Part shown: piece after piece, positions 1 through 7,258 of the stretch | Position numbering within the stretch: the first letter of the stretch is position 1 | Layout of the letters: each line of letters begins with the position of its first letter | Source: Gemmatimonadaceae bacterium | GTDB lineage: Bacteria > Gemmatimonadota > Gemmatimonadetes > Gemmatimonadales > Gemmatimonadaceae | DNA length: 40,257 nt | NCBI GenBank assembly: GCA_031380785.1 | Contig: JANMWU010000429.1 | Location: 1 to 40,257 of the forward strand | Direction: 5' to 3' | Translations under genes and position numbers: made by a program | Notes under the pieces: model-generated | Told to the model about the DNA's origin: nothing | Databases searched by the model: none | What the model saw: the letters and a program-made list of their open reading frames with translations, nothing else

Positions 1-607
1 TCAATGGCAGCCAGAACAGCTGGCGGAATTGCCACAACGACTGCCTGAAATCTCCGCCACGTACACCCACACCGTAGAATTCAAGCCAGAGCACGCCGGC
101 AAACGACAGGAACAGAAAAAACGTCAGAGCGACCGTGCCGCGGCTGCGGCCGCGGGTGTCAACGCGGATCCTGAAGCCCACGCGCGCAACGGCGAGCACG
201 GCCATGGCCACGAAGATCACTTCCAGCAGTGAGAACCGCAGCGCTTCAATCGGAAGCGTCTTGTTCAGATTCTCGACCAACACGTACTGCAGCCAGTACA
301 GCGGCGGAAACCAGAGCGATTTGTCCGGGAACGGAATCACCGTCGCATCGCTGGCCGCGACGATGAACAGCAGCACGAACATCACCTTGCGCAGTGACGT
401 CACAAGGAAAAGGCAGCACAGGCAAAACAGGAACAGAGGGAAAATCGCGACGATCGAATTCGCGGACAGGATGAACAACGTCGTCATGATGACGTTCATC
501 CCGACGATGAACCACAGCGTCCCTGGCGAAACGCCATCAGGATTGAGTGTGAAGCGCGGCTTCGCCGCCGTCCGACCGGGCAGCGACGTCAGTCCGGGAA
601 CCGTCAC
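1..607 (-). CDS. Integral membrane protein, Wzy/O-antigen-ligase-like; N-terminal ~202 codons only, continues past the left window edge
   Basis: Absent from the ORF track because it runs off the window. I hand-checked the minus-strand frame and found no stop from 607 down to 2. GTG at 607-605 overlaps the TGA of the upstream PCP gene (GTGA). The translation VTVPGLTSLPGRTAAKPRFTLNPDGVSPGTLWFIVGMNVIMTTLFILSANSIVAIFPLFLFCLCCLFLVTSLRKVMFVLLFIVAAS...LRFSLLEVIFVAMAVLAVARV...ALTFFLFLSFAGVLWLEFYG is a series of hydrophobic helices. The family call rests on composition and operon context only. Confidence 0.6.
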   Translation of the reverse strand, partial: MTVPGLTSLPGRTAAKPRFTLNPDGVSPGTLWFIVGMNVIMTTLFILSANSIVAIFPLFLFCLCCLFLVTSLRKVMFVLLFIVAASDATVIPFPDKSLWFPPLYWLQYVLVENLNKTLPIEALRFSLLEVIFVAMAVLAVARVGFRIRVDTRGRSRGTVALTFFLFLSFAGVLWLEFYGVGVRGGDFRQSLWQFRQLFWLPL

Positions 608-2160
608 CTGCGACGTACCTCGGCCATCACCGGCACGCCGAGCATCAGTTCAACCTGCCAGGGTTCAAGGACTTTGCCGCCGCCGAAGTCGAGCATGATC
701 GCGGTGAAGAACGCGATCGCGATCGCGACCACCAATCCACCGATGAGCAGCTTCGGAATTTTCGGCGAACTCGGCGAGTCAGGAATCGCGGCCGGCGTGA
801 TCACACTGTAGCGATACTTGAACGCGGCGCGGGCAGTTTCCATCTCGATCTTTGCGCCTTCCAGACGACCAAGCATGTCTTCGTAGTCGGCCGTGGCGAT
901 CTTGAGGCGCGAGCGGGCGAACGTCACTTCCGGTTTCTCCTGCGAATCGACCGGCACGCGCGTGAGCTGTTCGATCGCCTGACGCGCCAGCATCGGCTCC
1001 AGGGCCGCAGCTGATGCCGTCGGGGAGAATTCCGAGGCACCCAACGCCGCAAGTTGTTCGCGGACGGTCCGCTCCTTCGCCGTCAGTGCAGCGACCTGCG
1101 TTGATGGCTCGCTGATCGCGCGGATGTTCTCTTCGGTCTGCACGACGTCCGGATGCGCGTTGCCATACATCCCCTTCAGTTCGGCCAGGCGCGTCTGGAG
1201 CGCCGTAAGGCGCTGCGCACGCGTGGTGCTGATTTCGGCAATCGACTGCTGGGTCGCACGGAGTTCCGACTGCAGCGCCAGCACGGCCGGCGACTGCGGT
1301 TTTGGCGCTGTCGACCGCTGCGAGAACACCGGCTGCCTAATCGCGGCGCGCTTCGGAAGCGCGGCGTTGATTTGCGTCACGGCTGTCTGAATCGATGCCT
1401 GCGAGGCGGCGACGTAGCTCTCAAGAATGCCGATACTTTCGCCGATCAGAGAGACTTCGGAGGCGTGGCGCTGCTCAAAAAAGTTCTGCTGCGCGGTCTG
1501 AACGATCCGCGTTCCAATGACCGGATCCGGCCAGTCAAGACCGATGGTGACCGTGCCTTCGTTCGTCGTCACCCACATGCGCTTCTCGAGCATGCCGATC
1601 ATCGCCTGCAGCCGCTGGCTTTCGGTGTCCGGGCCCCTGAGGCGTGTGACAACCACATCTTTCATCTTGCCGAGAGGACCGCGCACCTTGTCCCACTGCG
1701 ACATGAGCTGAGTCTGTCGCACAATTTCGAGCAGGTTGGTGCGACGCATCACGGCTTCCGCCGCGAGGCGCGTCGGTGAATCAGATTCAGCCGTCACGGC
1801 GCGGCGCGGATTGCTCAGGGCCGGCATGACGAAATTCTTCTCGGCGAAGAACTTCGTCTCGAGATAGTAGTGCTTCTGCGACAGCACGATCACCAGTGCA
1901 ACGATCGTCATGATCGTCGCTGGGATCACGATCGCGAGCTTGCGGTGACGCTTCAGCGCACGGAGCGGAAAGCCGGCCGCAACCTTGACGTTCGCCAGCA
2001 CGAATATCGGCGACTCGTCGTGCTCCACCGGACGCATGTCGGTCGGCGTGCCGCCGCCGCGCTGCACGGCATACGGCCGCGACGACGACACCATCGACGA
2101 CGGGTTGTTGTCAGGCGGCTGATTATTTGATCGAACGGGAATGCTCATTGTCTGGTCCAA
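604..2160 (-). CDS. Polysaccharide co-polymerase / chain-length determinant (GumC/EpsF-like PCP) without a kinase domain
   Basis: 518-aa ORF with PCP topology. It has a polar N-terminal tail, TM1 (LAIVIPATIMTIVALVIVL), a ~370-aa A/Q/L/R/E-rich helical periplasmic region, TM2 (LLIGGLVVAIAIAFFTAIML) and a short tail. The start is TTG at 2160; ATG at 2148 (MSIPVRS) is an alternative. Confidence 0.8.
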   Translation of the reverse strand: MDQTMSIPVRSNNQPPDNNPSSMVSSSRPYAVQRGGGTPTDMRPVEHDESPIFVLANVKVAAGFPLRALKRHRKLAIVIPATIMTIVALVIVLSQKHYYLETKFFAEKNFVMPALSNPRRAVTAESDSPTRLAAEAVMRRTNLLEIVRQTQLMSQWDKVRGPLGKMKDVVVTRLRGPDTESQRLQAMIGMLEKRMWVTTNEGTVTIGLDWPDPVIGTRIVQTAQQNFFEQRHASEVSLIGESIGILESYVAASQASIQTAVTQINAALPKRAAIRQPVFSQRSTAPKPQSPAVLALQSELRATQQSIAEISTTRAQRLTALQTRLAELKGMYGNAHPDVVQTEENIRAISEPSTQVAALTAKERTVREQLAALGASEFSPTASAAALEPMLARQAIEQLTRVPVDSQEKPEVTFARSRLKIATADYEDMLGRLEGAKIEMETARAAFKYRYSVITPAAIPDSPSSPKIPKLLIGGLVVAIAIAFFTAIMLDFGGGKVLEPWQVELMLGVPVMAEVRRR

Positions 2161-2176
2161 TGCCAGGGAAAAACGA

Positions 2177-2350
2177 TCAGGCCGGAAGGCGCGGAAGCAC
2201 GTAGATAATGCTGAAGACGTAAACCAGGTTGAACAACGCCATACAAAAAACCATCCGCCGCAATCCCTTCTGCGGCGATGGGTTCGTCGCCGTCCACAGC
2301 GGGATGACGACGTTCGCCAGCAGCACCGACATCAGGAGAGCTTTCTGCAC
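2177..2350 (-). CDS. Small hypothetical membrane protein, 57 aa, two predicted TM helices (below the ORF-track size cutoff)
   Basis: Hand translation of the minus strand gives VQKALLMSVLLANVVIPLWTATNPSPQKGLRRMVFCMALFNLVYVFSIIYVLPRLPA*. The GTG at 2350 is preceded by GGTGGA 6 nt upstream; ATG at 2332 is an alternative start. An in-frame upstream stop lies at 2366-2368. Third codon positions are mostly G/C, like the neighbouring genes. The ORF fills the gap between the OPX stop (2379) and the PCP start (2160). Confidence 0.45.
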   Translation of the reverse strand: MQKALLMSVLLANVVIPLWTATNPSPQKGLRRMVFCMALFNLVYVFSIIYVLPRLPA

Positions 2351-2378
2351 CGTTATTCCACCACGTCAGCTGACGCGA

Positions 2379-3023
2379 TCACTCAACGACAATGATGTCG
2401 CCCTGCTGCATCCGGAATTTCGACGCCGCACCGGTATCGGTGAGCGACTGAAACGTGAAGCGAATCCGCACCGGAATCGGCAGCTTCCGCACGACGAAAA
2501 TCCGGTCCTTGTGCGCGAAGTCCGTGAGTCCGCCAGCTCCTGCGAGCGCTTCGGCCACGCCGCTGCCCTGATCGACCGCATAGTTCCCCGGCTTCGCAAC
2601 TGATCCGATCACCGAGATCTTCACTGCCGGAACATCCTCGACCGAGACGTTCACGCGCGGATTGAGTACGAGATTCTGGTCGCGCAGACGCTTCGCCACA
2701 TCCGCACCGACTTCCTGCGGCGTGCGTCCGGCGACCGGCACATCATTCAGCAGCGGAACCGAGAGCATGCCATCCGCACGCACGCGGCCACGCACCGACA
2801 GTTTGTCGTTGTCGAACACCTGCACCGAGACGAGATCGCCAACGCCAACCGTGAACGCGCCGCTGGCTGAGCCGGGCGACTGTGTCACGAAATCATTCGC
2901 CCACACGAACGGACCGATGGCAGAACCGCAGGCAGCGTTCAGGAGCCCGATTGCGGCGGCCGCTGACAGCAGTGCCGCGTGCCGCATCAGGTGCCTGGCC
3001 CTTTTCTGCAAAGAATTGAACAT
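2379..3023 (-). CDS. Outer-membrane polysaccharide export protein (OPX, Wza-like), short single-SLBB form, probable lipoprotein
   Basis: Poly_export/PES-like segment: FTVGVGDLVSVQVFDNDKLSVRGRVRADGMLSVPLLNDVPVAGRTPQEVGADVAKRL. SLBB-like segment: KISVIGSVAKPGNYAVDQGSGVAEALAGAGGLTDFA. Signal peptide with a lipobox-like LLNAAC. The ORF-track start at 3293 overlaps the upstream gene and was rejected. Candidate starts are 3068, 3023 (used here) and 2987 (MRHAALL...). Confidence 0.85.
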   Translation of the reverse strand: MFNSLQKRARHLMRHAALLSAAAAIGLLNAACGSAIGPFVWANDFVTQSPGSASGAFTVGVGDLVSVQVFDNDKLSVRGRVRADGMLSVPLLNDVPVAGRTPQEVGADVAKRLRDQNLVLNPRVNVSVEDVPAVKISVIGSVAKPGNYAVDQGSGVAEALAGAGGLTDFAHKDRIFVVRKLPIPVRIRFTFQSLTDTGAASKFRMQQGDIIVVE

Positions 3024-3069
3024 GGCGCGTAAAGTCGTAGTGGAAGACAGCGAACTGAAAGACAGCATC

Positions 3070-4230
3070 TCAACGCGATCCGAGCGCAAATCCCGCCTGC
3101 AGTTGCCCCGCGTATCCCGTGGCGCGCACAACATCGTCCCGAAAACGGTACGCAGCGCCGCCGCCAATGGTGATGCCGTTCCTAAACACGCGACGCACGG
3201 TTGCGCTGAGGCCTCTTGCGCGCAGCGGCACCGCCGTGCCAATCGGGCCGCCGGTCGATTTGCTGCTCGAGTTGGAGGCGCTGAGCGTGACAATATTTCC
3301 TCGTCGCGCCTGAAAGATATACGACGCTGCCTCGGCTGTCGTCACGAGCAGCGCGCCCAAACCGAAGCCCTGCGAGACACTTCGCGTAGCACCGACTGTC
3401 AGCACACCCTTCCCGATCGTGTCGCTCACGGTAACCGAACCCGTCGGTGAAAAGACCGCCGGATTCGATGCATTCACGCTTCGCGTCATGCCGCCGCGGA
3501 AATCGAATTGCACTGAGCGCAGCGAGCGGAAAAGCGGCTGCCAGGCAGCGGCCAGTGTCTGGGTCTGCAGCGGAACGCCGAGGGCGTTTCCCTGCGAAAT
3601 GTCTGCCAGCAGCGCCACCGATCCGCGGGTGCGAAAGCGTCGCTTGAGCGCGACGTTGCCGCCAATGTTCGTACCGGGGATCAGGCCCGGCGTCTCGAAG
3701 GTCACTTTGGAGTACGTGGCGCCAACGGTGCCGGTCATGAATGGCGACAGTCGATACTCGACGCCGCCAATCGTGGAGAGCGTGCGCTGCAAGGCCCGTC
3801 GCAGCAACGGATTCGCCGCGGTGCCCGTGACTTCGCCGACGAGTTGCCTGCCGTAACTTGCGGACGCGAGCGCGTTGGTGCGCGCGCCGAGTTTGTATGT
3901 GCCGGCGGCGGAGAAGTTGTACGAGATCGTATTGAGCAGCTTTGCCTTGCCGTAGAACAGCGCCGCACCGTTGCCGAGCAGGGTGAGGGAGCCGCGTGCT
4001 CTGACCTTCGTAATCTGCAAGGTCGTGTTGATGCGTTGGATCACGTCTTTTGTGGCAACGCTGTCAGCGACATACAGGACGTTATTGTCCCAGCCCTGCT
4101 CCCCGGTCGTCACCCACAGCCACGAACCACGCAACACCGGCTGCTGCGCGAGAAGTGGCGCACTCAGCAGTAGCGAAGAAACGAAGACCCCGATGTGTGG
4201 CGGGAGGAAGGCAAATCTGGCGCTGCGCAT
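3070..4230 (-). CDS. Secreted protein, predicted outer-membrane beta-barrel (EpsL/GfcD-like candidate partner of the short OPX)
   Basis: 386 aa with a signal peptide (MRSARFAFLPPHIGVFVSSLLLSAPLLAQQ). The rest is G/S/T/A/R/Y-rich with alternating polar and apolar stretches (e.g. GSLTLLGNGAALFYG, GITIGGGAAYRFRDD) and has no hydrophobic helices. Its ATG overlaps the TAA of the upstream gene by 1 nt (TAATG at 4228-4232). Confidence 0.65.
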   Translation of the reverse strand: MRSARFAFLPPHIGVFVSSLLLSAPLLAQQPVLRGSWLWVTTGEQGWDNNVLYVADSVATKDVIQRINTTLQITKVRARGSLTLLGNGAALFYGKAKLLNTISYNFSAAGTYKLGARTNALASASYGRQLVGEVTGTAANPLLRRALQRTLSTIGGVEYRLSPFMTGTVGATYSKVTFETPGLIPGTNIGGNVALKRRFRTRGSVALLADISQGNALGVPLQTQTLAAAWQPLFRSLRSVQFDFRGGMTRSVNASNPAVFSPTGSVTVSDTIGKGVLTVGATRSVSQGFGLGALLVTTAEAASYIFQARRGNIVTLSASNSSSKSTGGPIGTAVPLRARGLSATVRRVFRNGITIGGGAAYRFRDDVVRATGYAGQLQAGFALGSR

Positions 4231-6002
4231 TACTGCGGCACCGTTCCGCGCAACGAGTCCGATCGCGAACGGAATCGCGCGGCATCAGACACCGTGAATC
4301 GACGCGTGCGTGTGCGAGGACGACGCCCGAGCATGAGACCGAGCGGCACCGGCTTGCGGCCGCCGAGCGTGAAGATCGTCGCCAGGAAAATCATCACATC
4401 CAGTCGGAACGACACGTTCCTGACGTACAGGAGGTCGTAGTGAATCCACTGGTGGAAATCGCCCCGATCGCGGTCACGCCGGCAAACCTGCCAGAGACCG
4501 GTGATGCCGGGTCGTACCGACAAGCGACCGTTGCGCCACGGAATGCAGATCTGATTCTCACGGAACGGTGACGGACGCGGGCCGACGAAACTCATGTCGC
4601 CGCACGCCACATTCCAGAGCTGCGGAAATTCGTCGACATTCAGCTTGCGCAGAATCGCGCCGATCTTCGTGACGCGCGGGTCACGATCCATCTTGAATTG
4701 CGGGCCGTCCATCTGCTGCTGCGCAGCCAGCGCGCGCTGCATTTCGTCGGCATTGGTGAGCATGCTGCGAAACTTCCAGCACTTGAACGCGCGTGCATCC
4801 TTGCCTTCGCGCGAATCGCCGTAGAAGATCGGACCGGTGGACGTGAACTTCACCAGCAACGCCATCACGGCCATCGCGGGCGCGAGCAGGATCAGCGCCA
4901 CGAGCGCGAGCAGCGGTTCGAACAGGGCCTTGACCGCGACGTACGGTGGAATGGCGAGCCGCCGCACCGGCTCCGGCGCGGCAACCAGGTTGGGCGCGGT
5001 ATGGCGGCGCTGACCACCGAGCGCCGACGCGTGCGACGAATCGCCGCTGACGATGCGATGCCGAACGGTGGATGCCGGAGCGACGACGGCACCGGAAAGC
5101 ACAAGACACTGCGCCACCACCGCGCCCGCACCAACGCGAGCACCATCGCCAATCGTCGTGGGTCCCACAATCAGAGCGCCCGCACCGACATCAGCGCCAT
5201 CACGCACGACAACCGGGCCGACCAGACGGGCCGTCGCATGCACCGTTGCACTGGGCGCAAGCAGTGACGAACTCTGTCCGCGCACTTTGCCCAGCTCACG
5301 AAGCGTTGACAGCGCGCTCACGCGTCGTTCGCTCAGCGCGAGCACGCCGGCCTCGTCGTTGAGATCGAAACAGTCACCGTGAAACGGCACGTCCTGATTC
5401 GGCATGCCGTTCGCCGACAGCTGCAAACGCAATTCCTCGAGCGACGTCAACGTCAGCGGCATCACCATCTGCGCACACGCCACCGGCACCAGCGACGCCA
5501 GCACACCGGACGGAAACGGCCAGGTCACCGGCTCAAAATAGCGCTGAATCCGTCGCACGCGTCCATCATCGTCAGCCTGCACCAGCTCTTTCGTGCGCAG
5601 CGTCGGCGCTTCGAACGCAACCAGGTGCCGGACCATTCGCGCGTCGTTGGCGGCGGCCGTGCACAGCGGCCGCAAATCCACGCCCTCTGACGGATAGCAC
5701 ACCGGCGCCACGAACAGAAATGAATCCGACGGTGTGAACTTCTCGATCAGCGCCCGGAACTGGGACACACTGCGGATCGTCTCGACATTCGAGTAGCCTG
5801 AGCGCACCCGGCGTTCGTATTCGGCGTCCGGCGCAAAGTCAGTCAGCACAACCGGATGATGCGCAGTAACGCGCTGCACGCTGCGCATCACTTCGCGAAG
5901 CAGCAGGTCATCCGCCGTCGGGAGAAGGAGGAGCGAACCGGTATCGAGTGCATTGCGCGCGTACGACGGTCGAACGTCCAGCAGAACGGGCACAATGCTC
6001 AT
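4230..6002 (-). CDS. Fusion protein: nucleotidyltransferase-like domain + left-handed beta-helix (hexapeptide) domain + C-terminal monotopic phosphoglycosyl transferase (Bac_transf)
   Basis: 590 aa. The middle carries hexapeptide repeats: TVHATARLVGPVVVRDGADVGAGALIVGPTTIGDGARVGAGAVVAQCLVLSG. The C-terminus carries PGT motifs: a re-entrant helix (LLALVALILLAPAMAVMALLVKF), KFRSM, VDEFPQLWNVACGDMSFVGPRP and GITGLWQV. Its start overlaps the upstream stop by 4 nt (ATGA, 5999-6002). Confidence 0.85.
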   Translation of the reverse strand: MSIVPVLLDVRPSYARNALDTGSLLLLPTADDLLLREVMRSVQRVTAHHPVVLTDFAPDAEYERRVRSGYSNVETIRSVSQFRALIEKFTPSDSFLFVAPVCYPSEGVDLRPLCTAAANDARMVRHLVAFEAPTLRTKELVQADDDGRVRRIQRYFEPVTWPFPSGVLASLVPVACAQMVMPLTLTSLEELRLQLSANGMPNQDVPFHGDCFDLNDEAGVLALSERRVSALSTLRELGKVRGQSSSLLAPSATVHATARLVGPVVVRDGADVGAGALIVGPTTIGDGARVGAGAVVAQCLVLSGAVVAPASTVRHRIVSGDSSHASALGGQRRHTAPNLVAAPEPVRRLAIPPYVAVKALFEPLLALVALILLAPAMAVMALLVKFTSTGPIFYGDSREGKDARAFKCWKFRSMLTNADEMQRALAAQQQMDGPQFKMDRDPRVTKIGAILRKLNVDEFPQLWNVACGDMSFVGPRPSPFRENQICIPWRNGRLSVRPGITGLWQVCRRDRDRGDFHQWIHYDLLYVRNVSFRLDVMIFLATIFTLGGRKPVPLGLMLGRRPRTRTRRFTVSDAARFRSRSDSLRGTVPQ

Positions 6003-7258
6003 TTCAACGTCGCCTGCTCTCGCGTAAGGCGGAAGTCAGTCGCTGTACTGTCACGATTGAATCCGAACCCGATGCGCAGCCGCTCCGATGCCGACTCGCG
6101 GCTGGGCAACAGCTCGAGATTGGCACCGTCGGTTGCCACATCGGACGAGGGGCGCTCCGGAACGCCGAATTGCTCGGGCACCTGCGTCACGCTGCGCAGC
6201 CGGTCGCCGGAAACGACAACACATCGATCAGCGAGCACCGACGAGTCGACGATGGCATCCTCACCAATCACGCAGTCGTCCCAGATGAAAGAGCGCGACA
6301 CAAGCGCGCGGGCGGAAACGATCGATCGCTCGCCGATGGATGCGGGTCCCACGATCACGGCGTCCGCGTCAACGCGCACTCCTTCGGCGAGCAAGACCGG
6401 CCCAATCAGTCGCGCCGATGGATGCACGAAGGCCGTCGGGTGATGCATTCCTTCACCCGAGCGGATGTAGTGCGACAGGAGTGCGGGCCGCTCGATCGAG
6501 CGCGAGACGAGCCAGCGACTGACGGCGGCATAGCTCGAGTAGTCGAGCACCTTGGCCGACAGTCCGTGCACTTCATGCATAGCGACATGCGAGCCAGACG
6601 CGTTCAGTCGGCCGAGCAGACCTTCCTTGATGTCCTGATACCCATGCTCGGCGACCGACTCGAGAGCACTGCGCTCGAACACGTAGATGCCGGCGGGCTG
6701 ACGACGCACACCACTCGCCATACCGCGGCGACGTCGGTCGAATTCGACAACCACTGTGGCAGCTGCGCCAGACTGCCGGTGCGCCGCCAGCATCGCATCG
6801 AAGTCGAGGGTCGGCACGATGGTGCCTTCGATGACAACGAAGGTGCGTGCAGCGGACATGGTCACCGCGTCGCGAGCGCAGCCGGCTGGTCCGCGCGGCT
6901 CGGCATCCTCGAAGTAGTCGAGTGCGATCTGCATGGCGGCGCCGTCACCGAGCACGGCGCGCAACGACGGGGTGGCGCTGTTGGCGCACAGCACGGCGGA
7001 GCGGATACCCGCATCACGCAACCACTGCAATGGATATTTGATCAGCGGGGTATGCGCGACGGGCAGCAGCGGTCCGCGAAGAACGCGCTCAAAAACGCCG
7101 TCACCCCAGTGATGCGTGCCGGCAAGCACGATGCCACAGACACCACCCACATCGCAGTCGGGTCGCGACCGGCTCAGTGCCAGCGCGCCCTCCTGCGGCA
7201 GACGCACATCTTGCGCGCCAATGAATGGATCCAGCGGCATGAACGGCACGTTCGCCAC
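5999..7258 (-). CDS. Nucleotidyltransferase-fold + LbH protein (sugar-1-phosphate nucleotidylyltransferase-like, atypical signature loop)
   Basis: 419 aa. GIVLAGTHHWGDGVFERVLRGPLLPVAHTPLIKYPLQWLRDAG resembles the N-terminus of sugar nucleotidyltransferases but lacks the GGxGTRL...PKP residues. EPRGPAGCARDA resembles the LGTAG region. The C-terminal hexapeptide repeats (FVHPSARLIGPVLLAEGVRVDADAVIVGPASIGERSIV) are followed by a ~70-aa tail. GTG start. Confidence 0.8.
   Translation of the reverse strand: MANVPFMPLDPFIGAQDVRLPQEGALALSRSRPDCDVGGVCGIVLAGTHHWGDGVFERVLRGPLLPVAHTPLIKYPLQWLRDAGIRSAVLCANSATPSLRAVLGDGAAMQIALDYFEDAEPRGPAGCARDAVTMSAARTFVVIEGTIVPTLDFDAMLAAHRQSGAAATVVVEFDRRRRGMASGVRRQPAGIYVFERSALESVAEHGYQDIKEGLLGRLNASGSHVAMHEVHGLSAKVLDYSSYAAVSRWLVSRSIERPALLSHYIRSGEGMHHPTAFVHPSARLIGPVLLAEGVRVDADAVIVGPASIGERSIVSARALVSRSFIWDDCVIGEDAIVDSSVLADRCVVVSGDRLRSVTQVPEQFGVPERPSSDVATDGANLELLPSRESASERLRIGFGFNRDSTATDFRLTREQATLK

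Noticed and set aside
135-698. 187-aa plus-strand ORF at the left edge
   Set aside because: It lies antisense to the open, strongly hydrophobic minus-strand frame (1-607) and to the PCP 3' end, and it has no motif.
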